A stretch of 64,000 nt of DNA from Spirulina sp. (GCA_044070495.1 JBIPSI010000005.1:32001-96000), one strand, 5' to 3'; counted from the first letter of the stretch, positions 37,838 to 49,043 are shown. Translations and numbers: made by a program. The notes: generated by a model not told the origin, from the letters alone.

Positions 37838-38809
37838 ATGAATCACTCCGTGCAACCCCGATTCCGTTGGATATCCCTCAGCCTTACGGGTTTGACCGCC
37901 CTATTGGCGGGAACCATGGCCTGTTCCCTCAGCCCTTCAACCCTGGCTCCGCTAGACTCCGCGTCATCCCTCGGCCTCGGTCAATCGGCCCAGGCCCAAA
38001 CCGACCACTGGCCTCAGCTTGAGCAGGATATTGTGGCCTTCCAAAACCAGGCCCGCCAGAACCCAGCCAGCCTCATTCCCCTGCTGGAAGCCCGCCTAGC
38101 CGCCATGAACGAGGCCGGAGAGATCGTCAATGGCTGTGGCCGCCGCTGCAACATTGCCACCCAAGAGGGAAAATCCGCCGTGCAGGAGGCCATCGATTTT
38201 TTGCGGAATCAAGAGCCTCTCTCGCCCCTGGAGTTTTCAGCCCAGGTCGCCCTAGCCGCCCAAACCCACGCCGATGATCAGGCCGATGGTGCAACGGGTC
38301 ACACCGGATCCGATGGCAGCCGTCCCAGTGACCGCCTTGACCGGGCCGGAGCCTTAAATAGTGCCAGCGGCGAAAATATTGCCTACGGATCCCCCACGGG
38401 TCAGGAGGTCATCCTCGATCTGATTGTGGACGATGGCGTCCCAGGACGGGGGCATCGGGTCAACATCTTTACGCCCCGCTGGACTCGCACGGGTGCAGGC
38501 TGTGGCCCCCACGCCACCTACGGCCTAGTCTGCGTGATCAACTACATCACCTTTTCCCCGCAGATCACCATTGACCATCGCGGCACCGTTGCCCTAGAGT
38601 CGCTAACCGTGGAGGGGCAAAACCTTCTAGCCAGCCCCCTAGCACCGGGGAGAACCCAAACCATTCCCCTTAACCCCCAGCAGTGCAAGGCTACCCTGGA
38701 TATTCAACTCCAGGGCTACAATCTGCTGCAATGGCCCGATCTTTCCCTCTGTGGCGCAACCCTCACCATCGAACCCGACAACGGCTTTGAACTGGGCTAT
38801 CCCCAATAG
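37838..38809 (+). CDS. CAP/SCP-domain lipoprotein
   Basis: Lipobox-like MAC; A..HA.D, GHTGSDGS, GENIAYG, DDGVPGRGHR.NI. Confidence 0.85.
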   Translation: MNHSVQPRFRWISLSLTGLTALLAGTMACSLSPSTLAPLDSASSLGLGQSAQAQTDHWPQLEQDIVAFQNQARQNPASLIPLLEARLAAMNEAGEIVNGCGRRCNIATQEGKSAVQEAIDFLRNQEPLSPLEFSAQVALAAQTHADDQADGATGHTGSDGSRPSDRLDRAGALNSASGENIAYGSPTGQEVILDLIVDDGVPGRGHRVNIFTPRWTRTGAGCGPHATYGLVCVINYITFSPQITIDHRGTVALESLTVEGQNLLASPLAPGRTQTIPLNPQQCKATLDIQLQGYNLLQWPDLSLCGATLTIEPDNGFELGYPQ

Positions 38810-38849
38810 GGATCCCCAAATCGGGGGAGGCCCGCCGGATAGGTACCCG

Positions 38850-41800
38850 TCACCGCCGACAGGCCACCCTCAGGCAGGATTGATCCAGGGGATGACAGAG
38901 CCATTGCTCGATGGCGTCGGGAGGCTGGGGTTTGCCAAACCAGTAGCCTTGGCCGAGGTCGCAGTTAAGTTGTTGGAGGGTTTGTACGTCGAGTTCGGCT
39001 TCAATGCCCTCGGCGATGGCGGTAAACCCAAGCTGATGGGCCAGGGTAATGATAGTCTCCACAATTTTGTGATGGTGGGGGCTAGTCTGCATTTGGCTGA
39101 CAAAGGATCGGTCGATTTTGAGGTGGTTGATGGGGAATTGGTAGAGGTAGCTGAGGGAGGAATAGCCGGTGCCAAAGTCGTCGATGCTGAGGGAAATAGA
39201 GCGCTGGCGGAGGGCATGGAGGACAGTGAGGGTGGTCTGGATATCGTCGATGAGCATACTCTCGGTGATTTCTAGCACCAAGGCCTGGGGCGGCAAACCC
39301 GTGCGGGCCAGGATATCGTCAATGTGGGACAGCAAGCTAGGGCTATGGAGCTGCATGGCGGCGAGGTTGACGCTAATCGTAAGCCCCTGGGCCTGGGGAC
39401 AGCAGGTTTGCCAATCGTGCAACTGCCGACAGGCGGTTTCCATCAGGTGGTAGCTGAGGGGCACAATCAGGCCCGTTTCTTCCGCCAGGGGGATGAACTC
39501 GCCGGGGGGCACCAGGCCGCGCTGGGGATGCTGCCAACGCACCAGGGTTTCAAAGCCCTCAACGGCGGCGGTGGCCATGTCCACGATGGGCTGGTAGTAG
39601 AGAACAAATTCTTCGGGATGTTCCAGCAAGGAGCGCCGTAGTTCGGTTTCCAGTTGCAGGCGGGTGATGGCCTGGGTGTGCATGGCGCTGTTGAAGACTT
39701 CGTAGCCATCGCGGCCCTTATTTTTGGCGCGATACATGGCAATGTCGGCATCGCGCAGCAGTTCGGGGGCGTCGGTATAGGTGCTGTCTCCCATCACAAT
39801 GCCCACGCTGACGGTGGTAAACACCTCCTGGCTGCTGAGGTGCAGGGGTTCGCGCAGGCTGGCCAAGACGACTTCTGCGAGATTAATCACCTCGGTGAGG
39901 TCGGCCACGTCCTCCATCAGCAGAATAAATTCATCTCCCCCTAGGCGGGCCGCGAGGTCGGTGGGGCGGGCCACACTGCGTAGGCGACTGGCGATTTCAA
40001 TCAGCAGTTCATCGCCAATCAGGTGGCCGAGGCTGTCGTTCACCACCTTGAACCGATCCACATCTAAAAACAGCACGGCAAACCGATAGTGGCTGTGGCG
40101 GCGGGTGCGGTTGAGGGCTAATTCCAGCCGATCTTGCAGCAGTTTGCGGTTGGGCAATCCGGTGAGGCTGTCGTGGAGGGCATCGTGCTGGAGTTGTTTG
40201 CGCATCCGCATGGTTTCGGTGACATCGCGGGAGGCGGTTTGCAATTGGATGACGTCACCACTGGCGTTGAGGATGGGGCGGATGAGGGTTTCAATCCAAA
40301 GGTAGTGGCCCAGCTTGTGGCGCATCCGGTAGGTGGCCTTGGCCGATTCTCCCGCTAACACCTGGGGCTGGGCCGATGGCTGGCAGGTAGAGACATCACT
40401 AGGGTGCACCCAATCGGCAACCTGAGTGTCTAGCAGTTCACTGGGTTGATAGCCCAAGGTCCATTCCACCGACGGGCTGACGTAGAGGTAAGTGCCGTCT
40501 AGGGCTTGGAGGCAGACCAAGTCGGTCATATTGTCGGCCATTAGGCAAAATAGGGCAGACTGCTGCTGAATCTCAGCATTGGCTGTCTCTAAGTCGGCCT
40601 TCGACTGTTGCAGATCGTGGACGGTGGCGGCAATGCGCTGGGCCATGGTGTTAAAGGCCAGCACCAGTTGTTCCAGTTCATCCAGGCGGCTGGTGCGTAG
40701 GTTGTGGTGCAGTTGGCCGTTGGCCATGGCCTGGGCCGCCCGCCTCACCTGGACAATAGGCCGCGAAATCCATCGGCTGGTAATCAGCCCTAACCCCAGG
40801 GCCACCGCCAACGCCAACAGACAGAGAATCACGGTGGAGCGGCGGGAGGCTTCGATGGTGGCCATAAAGTCCCGTTCGGGCACCACCACCACAATCAGCC
40901 AGTCCAGCCCCACATCGTCCCGAAAGGGCACCACTTCCACAAACTGCCGCTGGCGATCAAGCTGAAACTCAAACTGCTGAGGTAAACGCACATCGCCCAG
41001 GTAGCCGTTGTATTGTCGCAGCAAGAACTGGCTGCTGGCCCGAATCAGCGGGTCTTGGTTGGTGACGGAATACAGACGTTGGGGCTGGCCATTCACCACC
41101 ACAAACGGTTCCGGCAGGGTGGAACTGGCCACAATCAAGCCCTTTCGATCCAAAATGAACGCCTGCCCGTGGTCGCTAATCTTCAGCGTAGCCAGAAAAT
41201 CGCTGATCGCTGACAAAAAGAAGTTATTGCCCAACACGCCGATCAACTTACCCTCGGCATCGTAGACCGGGCGGGAGGTGGGCAGCGCCAGCACCGGGTA
41301 GGCATGGTAGGGAAAAACCTCACCCCACACTGGCCCGTTTGCCCGTATGGCCGCCAAATACCAAGGCCGCGTTTGGGTGTCCCATCCTGGCGTGGTTTGC
41401 TGAATGGCCAGGGTGTTGCCGTTGTCATCCACCGTTGAAAATTGGATAGCACCCCCCAGAGATGGCCCCCCCTGCATGCGCTGATGCTGGCCAGGGCCTA
41501 GATCGCTGTGGCCAATGAATTCTTGGTTGACATGGCCAAAGAAGATGGAATCGACCAGGGGAAACTGACGGGACTGCCGCAAAAAGTGCTGAAACAGGGC
41601 TTCGGAGTCCTCAGGGTCGAGCTGCCCTGCCTGGATGGCGTCTTGGTTGAGCCGATTCACCAGGTGGGGCATAGCCAAAAAGCTATCCAGTTCCTGCACA
41701 ATTTGCTGGGCCACCGAGGCGCGCAACTGGCTAGCGACCTGGTTCACCGCCTGCTCCCCATGGCGCATGGATAACCAACCCGTAACCGCCACCGCCGCCG

Positions 41801-41894
41801 TTATCTGGGCCACAAAGGGAACAACCAGCACCCCTCGCAACGGTAAACGCCGCAGGGTGCGGGCAAAGATGGTTCGAGACCAACCCAAAATCAT
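38850..41894 (-). CDS. dCache-HAMP-PAS-GGDEF-EAL signalling protein
   Basis: TRPWY, HDSLTGLPNR, RLGGDEF, YQPIV..ETLVRW, IDDFGTGYSSL, KIDRSF. Confidence 0.93.
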   Translation of the reverse strand: MILGWSRTIFARTLRRLPLRGVLVVPFVAQITAAVAVTGWLSMRHGEQAVNQVASQLRASVAQQIVQELDSFLAMPHLVNRLNQDAIQAGQLDPEDSEALFQHFLRQSRQFPLVDSIFFGHVNQEFIGHSDLGPGQHQRMQGGPSLGGAIQFSTVDDNGNTLAIQQTTPGWDTQTRPWYLAAIRANGPVWGEVFPYHAYPVLALPTSRPVYDAEGKLIGVLGNNFFLSAISDFLATLKISDHGQAFILDRKGLIVASSTLPEPFVVVNGQPQRLYSVTNQDPLIRASSQFLLRQYNGYLGDVRLPQQFEFQLDRQRQFVEVVPFRDDVGLDWLIVVVVPERDFMATIEASRRSTVILCLLALAVALGLGLITSRWISRPIVQVRRAAQAMANGQLHHNLRTSRLDELEQLVLAFNTMAQRIAATVHDLQQSKADLETANAEIQQQSALFCLMADNMTDLVCLQALDGTYLYVSPSVEWTLGYQPSELLDTQVADWVHPSDVSTCQPSAQPQVLAGESAKATYRMRHKLGHYLWIETLIRPILNASGDVIQLQTASRDVTETMRMRKQLQHDALHDSLTGLPNRKLLQDRLELALNRTRRHSHYRFAVLFLDVDRFKVVNDSLGHLIGDELLIEIASRLRSVARPTDLAARLGGDEFILLMEDVADLTEVINLAEVVLASLREPLHLSSQEVFTTVSVGIVMGDSTYTDAPELLRDADIAMYRAKNKGRDGYEVFNSAMHTQAITRLQLETELRRSLLEHPEEFVLYYQPIVDMATAAVEGFETLVRWQHPQRGLVPPGEFIPLAEETGLIVPLSYHLMETACRQLHDWQTCCPQAQGLTISVNLAAMQLHSPSLLSHIDDILARTGLPPQALVLEITESMLIDDIQTTLTVLHALRQRSISLSIDDFGTGYSSLSYLYQFPINHLKIDRSFVSQMQTSPHHHKIVETIITLAHQLGFTAIAEGIEAELDVQTLQQLNCDLGQGYWFGKPQPPDAIEQWLCHPLDQSCLRVACRR

Positions 41895-42041
41895 GTATTA
41901 GACGTTACAGACCACTAGCCCTAGTGTGCCTAAATCTGTCGTAAAACTAAGACTACGACATCAGCCGTAACATCTCTCCTCAAAAGAGAAAGCAACGTTC
42001 TCCGCTATCCGTCGCTGTCGCTGCCTTTTGGAATCCGGTTT

Positions 42042-42097
42042 CCCCCTTTTTATAGACGCTTGCGGCTTCCCGCAGGGTAGGAGGGCTAGGGGGGATA
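42042..42097. repeat. Nested small dispersed repeats
   Basis: CCCCCTTTTTA[TAGACGCTTGCGGCTTCCCGCAGGGT]AGGAGGGCTAGGGGGGAT; outer part resembles 20485-20516. Confidence 0.55.
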
Positions 42098-42186
42098 AAC
42101 CCCAGGAACCCAGAGGAATAGGGCCTTATATATGAGCGGTATATGTGAGCGGTAGCTTCCCAGCAGGATGGCCACGACTCTATCGA

Positions 42187-44205
42187 TTAACCTGGGGGAA
42201 TTTGGTCACCCGTAGAGGGGGCTGTGGGGTTGGCCCCTGGAAGGCTAGCAGGGCTAGGCGCGGGAGATTCGGAATCCATCGCGCCCTCAGGGTTGAGGGA
42301 ATCGTCAGGGCTGAGAGAACCGTTGGGGCTAGGGGATGCCTCAGGGCTGGCTGACCCATCGGGGTTAACCGTATCCTCAGCGGGGGCTGCTTCGCCGGGG
42401 GCTACGGGGCGTCCTACCGGGGCAATGGGCTGGTTCAGTTCTTTGTGAATGGCTTCGGTGATGCGGCGAATCAGTTCGCTGGCGCGGCCATCGTTGTTAG
42501 GACGCTGCACCATAATCGCCAGGGCATAGCGATTGCCGTTGGGGGTATCCACCAGGGCCACATCCCCCAAGGCCAGGGCGATATCCCCGGTTTTGTTGGC
42601 CACCAGGGAACCATCGGTGAGGCTAAAGGCAATCAGGCTGCGGTTAACGGTGCGCTGCATGATGCTGAACAACCGCTCCCGCGACCGACGGCTGAGCACA
42701 TCCCCCTGATCCACTAGGGCCATCAGCAGGGCCAAATCGCGGGGGCTGGTGGTGTTGGTGCCCTCCAAATCCGGCAGGATATTCCGCAACACGGTGGACT
42801 CTAGCCCCCAGGTGGCGAACTGCTGGTTGAGGGCCTCCTGGCCCCCCAGGGCTTCGATCATCATGTTGGTAGCGGTGTTGTCGCTGTGGATGATCATGCG
42901 GGTGGCCACATCCAGGGCGGTGTATTCGCTACCGATGGCATCGTTCGCCAGGGTGCCCGATCCGCCCGCAAGGTGCTGTTCCTGCAACACCACCGCCTGG
43001 TTCAGGGCGAGATTGCCCGCATCCACCTGCTGCAAAAAGGCCACCAAAATCGGCACCTTGATGGTGCTGGCCGCCGCCACCGCCTCGGTGCCGCTGAGAT
43101 CAACGTAGCGCCCCGAATCGACATCAAAGGCGTAGACCGCTGGGGTAAGGCCTGGCGTGAGGGTGGCGAGTTGATCCAACTGGGCCTTCAGGCGAGTGAG
43201 TTCGCTACTGGGCTGAATGTCGGCAATGGTGACCGCCCCTTGGCCAGGGAGGGGACTGGGGTTGCCTCGCCGAGGAGCCGTGGCTGTGGTCGTTTCGCCG
43301 CTACCGGAGGTCACATTACTGGGGCTTAATACCGACAGCAGCGTGCCTGCAATGGCCGCTACCCCAATTCCCAAAATGGCCAACCGCATCAGATAAAGGG
43401 CGGGCAGGGGCAGTTTAGCCAGCCGTCGCTGGGGAGAGAATCGCCGTGTCCGCTGGGTGGTGCCTTCCCGCTGAGGGGGGGCCGCGAGGGCCGCTAATCC
43501 GGCGGTGGTCGCCGCCGTGGCCGCCGCCGCCATACCCGCCGCCATGCCCACCGTTCGCCGCCGCGAATCCCTAGACCGCATAGGTGTCACCTTGGGAGAG
43601 GGTGGCTCTGGGGCCGGACTAGGCCGTCGGGGCATGGTCACAGCCCCCGATTCTCCACCCTGGGGTAGAGAGGTGCTGTGGGGGTGCATGCTGACCGAAC
43701 TGCCGGGGGCCGAGGGCCGAAACGTGGGGGCATGGGCATAAGCACCGGGGGCCGCAGCACCGAGGGCCGCAGCACTGGGAGCCACAGCATTAGGGGACTG
43801 CATCCCCGCCGGACGAGGCGACTGGGGCAGACGGGCAGCGCTTGTCCCCTGGACAAAGTTAGGACTGTGGGGGGCACCGTGGGTCGAACTGGGGCCACCC
43901 TTGAGGTTAAAACTGGGCAAGGCGGCGGTTCGATTCACCGCCGGGGTGGACGGTGGGGGAGTGGCCTGCGCTCCTGGGCTAGGGGATTCGGGTTCGGAGT
44001 CGGGACGGCCAAAATCGGGGGTCATGTACTTATACTGCCGCCACTGGTTGCGGCGACGCGCCGTGGACGACGACCGATTCCGCCAGTCCCCATCGGCTGC
44101 CCCTTGCCCTGCACCGTTAAAACCGCTAGAACCGTTGGTCAATCCCGATTCCCCCAGGGAATTAGGCCGGGACGAAGGATTGGAAAAGTCGTCGTGCTGT
44201 GCCAT
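42187..44205 (-). CDS. Class A beta-lactamase-like serine hydrolase (PBP-A type) with disordered N-terminus and TM helix
   Basis: ASTIK, SDN, KTG motifs. Confidence 0.88.
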   Translation of the reverse strand: MAQHDDFSNPSSRPNSLGESGLTNGSSGFNGAGQGAADGDWRNRSSSTARRRNQWRQYKYMTPDFGRPDSEPESPSPGAQATPPPSTPAVNRTAALPSFNLKGGPSSTHGAPHSPNFVQGTSAARLPQSPRPAGMQSPNAVAPSAAALGAAAPGAYAHAPTFRPSAPGSSVSMHPHSTSLPQGGESGAVTMPRRPSPAPEPPSPKVTPMRSRDSRRRTVGMAAGMAAAATAATTAGLAALAAPPQREGTTQRTRRFSPQRRLAKLPLPALYLMRLAILGIGVAAIAGTLLSVLSPSNVTSGSGETTTATAPRRGNPSPLPGQGAVTIADIQPSSELTRLKAQLDQLATLTPGLTPAVYAFDVDSGRYVDLSGTEAVAAASTIKVPILVAFLQQVDAGNLALNQAVVLQEQHLAGGSGTLANDAIGSEYTALDVATRMIIHSDNTATNMMIEALGGQEALNQQFATWGLESTVLRNILPDLEGTNTTSPRDLALLMALVDQGDVLSRRSRERLFSIMQRTVNRSLIAFSLTDGSLVANKTGDIALALGDVALVDTPNGNRYALAIMVQRPNNDGRASELIRRITEAIHKELNQPIAPVGRPVAPGEAAPAEDTVNPDGSASPEASPSPNGSLSPDDSLNPEGAMDSESPAPSPASLPGANPTAPSTGDQIPPG

Positions 44206-44214
44206 ATCGAAAGT

Positions 44215-45021
44215 CTAGGGGGAACGAGGAGCGCCGGTAATGGCCCAATTGACCTGCCGCAAAATGCCCCTAAGCATAGCCAATTCCTGGGAATTTGGCT
44301 CAGCCCGATGGAGCAGGTGCCGCAATTTGGCCATGCGACTGGCGGCAGTATGGGGGTAAAGATAACCGATCTTGAGCAAAATCGCTTCTAAGTCTTGGTG
44401 AAATCCCTCAATCTGATCCAGGCTAGCCGGTGGATCTAGTGGATCTAGATCTAAATGGAGAGCCTCAGGACTATCGGGTTCAGGCCGCACCAACCCCCAC
44501 GCTTCAGGCTGGCCCCCCGTGGCCTGACGGTGCAGCAGATAACTACACACCGCCACCGCCTGGGCCAAATTGAGGGAAGGATAGGCCTCGCTGGCGGGAA
44601 TACGAATCCAGCGCTGGGCATAGATCAGTTCTTCATTGCTCAGGCCCCGATCCTCCGGGCCAAAGATCAGCGCTGTGGTGATCGGCCTTTGGGGATCCGT
44701 AGACAGCAGCCAGGGCAGCACCGCCTCCGGGGTTTCTAGCCCTTGGCGCTGGGGATGGATTCGGCCTGTGGTTGCCACCGCCCGCTGACAACCCACCAAT
44801 GCCTCCGGCAGGGTAGCCACCACCTGGGCCGACTCCAGCACATCCCGCCCATGCACCGCCATGCGCCAAGCCGCCGTGCTAGTGGGGTCGCACTGGGGGT
44901 TCACCAACACCAGATGGTGCAGCCCCATGTTTTTCATAATCCGCGCCGCCGCCCCTACATTGATCGGCCCTGCTGGTTCCACCAGAACAATACGCAGATG
45001 TGCCAGTTGCTCTAGCCCCAT
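44215..45021 (-). CDS. trmJ: TrmJ/LasT SPOUT RNA methyltransferase
   Basis: VLVEP.G..NVG..AR.MKNMG, FGPEDRGLSNEEL, SLNLAQAV. Confidence 0.88.
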   Translation of the reverse strand: MGLEQLAHLRIVLVEPAGPINVGAAARIMKNMGLHHLVLVNPQCDPTSTAAWRMAVHGRDVLESAQVVATLPEALVGCQRAVATTGRIHPQRQGLETPEAVLPWLLSTDPQRPITTALIFGPEDRGLSNEELIYAQRWIRIPASEAYPSLNLAQAVAVCSYLLHRQATGGQPEAWGLVRPEPDSPEALHLDLDPLDPPASLDQIEGFHQDLEAILLKIGYLYPHTAASRMAKLRHLLHRAEPNSQELAMLRGILRQVNWAITGAPRSP

Positions 45022-45079
45022 GCTGACCCCACAAACCCCTTAGAATGAACACCGTAGTGATCAATTGAGTACCCTAGCT

Positions 45080-45367
45080 ATGGCCCAGGTAACCTGGAAC
45101 GGCGTCGTTCTCGCCGAAAGTGACCAATGCGAAACGGTGGAAGGAAACCTATACTTTCCCCCCACCGCTCTTAATATGGACTATTTCCGTCCCATCTCCC
45201 AAACCACCGTCTGCGGCTGGAAGGGCACCGCGAACTACTACGACATTGTGGTAGATGGCCAAGTCAACGGCGGTGCCGCCTGGTACTATGCCGACCCCAA
45301 ACCCGCCGCCAACAACATCAAAGGCTACGTCGCCTTTTACCGTAACAAGGTCGCCATTGCCCCCTAG
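45080..45367 (+). CDS. DUF427 protein
   Basis: WNGVVLAES, VEGN.YFP, CGWKG.A.YY, AAWYY..PK. Confidence 0.88.
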   Translation: MAQVTWNGVVLAESDQCETVEGNLYFPPTALNMDYFRPISQTTVCGWKGTANYYDIVVDGQVNGGAAWYYADPKPAANNIKGYVAFYRNKVAIAP

Positions 45368-45475
45368 TAACGTGACCAGATAGGTGTTAAGGGTTACATA
45401 ACCCGCGTCCTCGCCACGGTCATTACCGCTCTAACAGAGACAAAGCCCTTAAATCAGCAGATCTCATAAAGAAGA

Positions 45476-45679
45476 CTAGTAGCTGTCTTCGGTGACGGTG
45501 TGGAGGGCCAGATCGTGGTTGGCCTGATTGAGGCGGTCAGCGATGGCCTTGCGCCACTTCAGGCTCACCTGATCATCGGCCAGCACCTCCTGGGCTTCTT
45601 CTCGGTAGGTCGCGCCTTGGACGGCATCCACTTCTTCAATGTGCTGGAGGTGGGCAAAAACTTCTTTGGGGGTCGTCAT
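45476..45679 (-). CDS. Small hypothetical protein
   Basis: 67-aa ORF with AAGGA RBS and host-like composition. Confidence 0.65.
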   Translation of the reverse strand: MTTPKEVFAHLQHIEEVDAVQGATYREEAQEVLADDQVSLKWRKAIADRLNQANHDLALHTVTEDSY

Positions 45680-45902
45680 GGTTCAATCCTTTGGATAGGT
45701 GAGCCTGTGGATACGTTGGCCTTGAACGAACAGGTGGCCTTGAAGGAAATCGGGTCATTCCAGGCCAAGCTTGGCTGCGGTCGCCATGGTTTTATTGTGG
45801 GCCAGGGCTGCCCCCGTGGGGCATTCCCCTAGAGAACCTTTACGCCCTGAAACGGTTGTTAGCAGTTCGCAGCAGAACTTTGCAATGGAAGGGATTAAAT
45901 CT

Positions 45903-46697
45903 ATGGACATCTACCAAACCTTGCAGCACAGTCAACGGCAACGGGTCAGCGATGGCCAATGGACGCCTGTTCTCTCGGGGATCACCGGGGCAGACTATAC
46001 CCTAGTGATGGTCTTGCCCCAGTTGGGCGACTTCGACAGCCTGGAATATGCCTGGTTGGTGCGGCGGGGCTGGGATGTTCTGGTCGCCAAGGGGGTGACG
46101 GTGCGGGCGGTGGGTATTGGCCAGCGCGAGTCGGGCCAAGCCTTTTGCCAGTTCACAGGGTTTCCTGCCGATCAGCTTTGGGTGGATCCCACCGCCGACC
46201 TACACCGCCAGCTTGGCCTATACGAGGGTCTGTCGCTGACCATTCCGGGCCTTACCCCTGGGCAACGGGCCTGGGTAAACCTGATGCTGATGTGTGCGGG
46301 GATCGCCAGCCCAGGCACCTTGGCGGAGGTGTTTCGGGGCTACCGAGGGGATCGCAACGCCCCCCAACTGATCGGCGATGACGAGGAAATCCAGGCGTTC
46401 CCCTTGCCGCCCCTGCGGGGACGGTTCTTTCGCTGGGCGGGCGGCAGTGGGTTTCAGCGCCCCTTTGAACTCGCCACCCTACGCCTGCGCAACATGGCCG
46501 AGGTACTCGGCAAATGGAGCACCTATGTCCCCGATGCCACCTATCTCACCCAGCGGGGCGGCACCTTTTTGTTTGATGCTGATCACCGGCTGATTTACGA
46601 ACACCGAGATCGCGGCATTCTAGACTTTGCTGAGCACAAAAGCGACCCCCTCACCTTTCTCAGGGCCGTCGCTTCGTCAGACACAGCCTTAATCTAA
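45903..46697 (+). CDS. Peroxiredoxin-like (AhpC/TSA-2) protein
   Basis: QLGDFDSLEYA, GIASPGTL.EV.RGY, QRPFELATLRL.NM, QRGGTFLF. Confidence 0.82.
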   Translation: MDIYQTLQHSQRQRVSDGQWTPVLSGITGADYTLVMVLPQLGDFDSLEYAWLVRRGWDVLVAKGVTVRAVGIGQRESGQAFCQFTGFPADQLWVDPTADLHRQLGLYEGLSLTIPGLTPGQRAWVNLMLMCAGIASPGTLAEVFRGYRGDRNAPQLIGDDEEIQAFPLPPLRGRFFRWAGGSGFQRPFELATLRLRNMAEVLGKWSTYVPDATYLTQRGGTFLFDADHRLIYEHRDRGILDFAEHKSDPLTFLRAVASSDTALI

Positions 46698-46805
46698 TGG
46701 CCCACCCCATCGTCTATGTGGCCCGAAATCCTCTTGGCCACCCGCAATTCCCCGGTGGTGCATTGCGGCTAATCACAGCGTCTTTGTGAGGATGCCGATA
46801 ACCAG

Positions 46806-47495
46806 TCAGCCGAATAAGTTGTACCTAAGAATGCAGTAAATGGCGCGAACCCCGTCTTTCCAGCCAATTTTTTTGCCCTCTTTATAGGTGCGACCATAGT
46901 AGGAAATGCCGACTTCATAGATACGGCAGTTTAGCTTGGCGATCTTGGCGGTAATTTCGGGCTCAAACCCAAACCGATTTTCTTGAATAGCAATAGACTG
47001 AATAACCTCCCGCCGAAAGGCTTTATAGCAGGTTTCCATGTCGGTGAGGTTGATATTGGTCAGCATATTGGAGAGTGTCGTAAGAAACTTATTGCCTACC
47101 ATATGCCAGTAGTAAACAACCCGATGGGGAGCTCCCCCCTGAAATCGTGAGCCAAACACCACATCTGCCTTACCGCTAATAATCGGGTCGATCATGTGCG
47201 GAAATTCCTGCGGATCATACTCAAGATCGGCATCTTGAACGATAACAATATCTCCCGTTGCCGCAGCGAAACCGCTCCTAAGGGCAGCTCCTTTACCTCG
47301 ATTTTCGGGATGATAAATCACCTGATCCACTTGCGAGGCAATAGTCTGCTTTAGCAGTTCACGGGTGCCATCGGTGGAGCCATCATCAACAATAATAATT
47401 TCACAATGCTTAACTGGGGATTTTCGCACGGCATCGACCACTTGCTGAATCGTACCCACTTCGTTAAAGCAGGGAATGACAACCGTTAGCTTCAT
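46806..47495 (-). CDS. GT2 glycosyltransferase, DPM1-like
   Basis: [34 protein letters not shown]. Confidence 0.92.
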   Translation of the reverse strand: MKLTVVIPCFNEVGTIQQVVDAVRKSPVKHCEIIIVDDGSTDGTRELLKQTIASQVDQVIYHPENRGKGAALRSGFAAATGDIVIVQDADLEYDPQEFPHMIDPIISGKADVVFGSRFQGGAPHRVVYYWHMVGNKFLTTLSNMLTNINLTDMETCYKAFRREVIQSIAIQENRFGFEPEITAKIAKLNCRIYEVGISYYGRTYKEGKKIGWKDGVRAIYCILRYNLFG

Positions 47496-47509
47496 AGTTA
47501 CCCTGTTTC

Positions 47510-48070
47510 TTAGTCTTTATTGACGGTGCAAAAGTTGTTCATGCCAAGCTGGAAGTAGCGATGATTAAAGTTGCTAAAGCCACCCTTTTCTACCAGGACA
47601 TGATAAAGTTTCTGGCGATCATAGTAACGTTTGTGATCGCGAATTTCTGCCTCGCTGACAATTTTGAGTCGATAGGCCAAGAACTCTAGCACCGGCTGCG
47701 CCCACACCGAGGGCACGGTGAGTACGAGCTTCCCCCCTGGCACTAAAACGCGATGAATCTCCTTCACCATAGCGGCTTCATGCTCAATGTGCTCCAGCAC
47801 CGCTAGCATGGTGACGACATCAAAGGTGCCATCGGCAAAAGGCAACTGGCCGCTAAAGTGAAGCTGCGATACGGTAAGGTTTCCTGATTCAAAGGGATCG
47901 GCCTTAAAGTCTACGCCAAATCCTTTTTGAAGGCGGGGGGAAATGTAGCACAAAAAAGCGGCCTTGGTACCGCACCCAATATCTAACAAGACGACATTGG
48001 TAGGGATATGTTTTAGGACTTTAGAAAGTCTGAGGCGTCTAAGAAGGGGTTCTAGGATAGGTTCTTTCAT
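47510..48070 (-). CDS. Class I SAM-dependent methyltransferase
   Basis: LLDIGCG, FDVV, VLEHI, RVLVPGG. Confidence 0.88.
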   Translation of the reverse strand: MKEPILEPLLRRLRLSKVLKHIPTNVVLLDIGCGTKAAFLCYISPRLQKGFGVDFKADPFESGNLTVSQLHFSGQLPFADGTFDVVTMLAVLEHIEHEAAMVKEIHRVLVPGGKLVLTVPSVWAQPVLEFLAYRLKIVSEAEIRDHKRYYDRQKLYHVLVEKGGFSNFNHRYFQLGMNNFCTVNKD

Positions 48071-48092
48071 GGCGGTTGGGCAGATTGCAGTT

Positions 48093-48953
48093 TTAGCCTA
48101 GGGCATCCATGCCTCGGCGAGCATAGTGGATACGTAGCTTTAGCCCCAGGGTAATTTGCTTCATCAGCCAGTAGAACACAGTCAGAATAATGAAGGTCAC
48201 GACGATCACCGCCAGAGGCCGTTTGGAGGTGAGAATATTAAGGGTATCGGTGATCACGTCTAGGGGATCGGTGACTAAATCCCAACTGTTAAACCGAATG
48301 AAGCGGCCTAGGTAAATGCCAACGGCACAGAGAAGGTGGATGGTGAGTTCCATAGGGAGAATCCAGGCTTTTGCGCCCTGCTGCTTGAGGAAGTAGGCCA
48401 GATTCAGGATGGAAATCACGTAGGCTTCAAACCCCAACACAATGGCCGTGGCGTGGATGGGCACAAAAACGAGGGCAATTACCCACGTCGGAATCTCGCC
48501 AACGCGAGTGCCGCGAATCAGGTGGATGATATCCGTGAGCAGGTAGGGGGCGTTGGGCAAAAAGGTGATAAACACCACAACCCCCAGCCACCAAAGCCAG
48601 GGACGCCGAGCATGGTGAGGGCTTAGCCCCCATCGCCATAGACCCACCGCCACCAACCCAACCAGACCCAGCCAACTGAGCCGCAGGAGCGCACTAACAT
48701 CTCCAGTGACAGCATCTCCCAGGGTGCTGGCCCACGCAACTAAGATTTTTGGTGTTCTAGACCAGAGACCCACAACCCCGATAGCCACCACCAACGCACA
48801 GGCCATCTGAAACCAGGGCCGGGGAATAGCACGGGGACGAAACAGCCAAAAACTAAGCATCAATGGCACAAAGGCCAAAAAGAGGTTCCACAGAATCCAA
48901 CCGCTATAGACATTGTCGAAGGCGGTGGCGATGGCGGCGAGTCGTGATCCCAT
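48093..48953 (-). CDS. DUF1361 membrane protein
   Basis: WNLFLA, FLPNAPYLLTDIIHL, GIYLGRFIRFNSWD. Confidence 0.85.
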   Translation of the reverse strand: MGSRLAAIATAFDNVYSGWILWNLFLAFVPLMLSFWLFRPRAIPRPWFQMACALVVAIGVVGLWSRTPKILVAWASTLGDAVTGDVSALLRLSWLGLVGLVAVGLWRWGLSPHHARRPWLWWLGVVVFITFLPNAPYLLTDIIHLIRGTRVGEIPTWVIALVFVPIHATAIVLGFEAYVISILNLAYFLKQQGAKAWILPMELTIHLLCAVGIYLGRFIRFNSWDLVTDPLDVITDTLNILTSKRPLAVIVVTFIILTVFYWLMKQITLGLKLRIHYARRGMDALG

Positions 48954-49043
48954 TCGATTCCTTTCTCCCAGGCGCGTATCCCGATTGATAAGCGATAGTT
49001 GACCTTAGGTCGTTAGCCTCAGGCTTGGCAATACCACCCTAGT

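Noticed and set aside
42187..44205. Acquired beta-lactam resistance gene
   Set aside because: Host-like composition and core-gene neighbours; class A-like PBPs are common in cyanobacteria
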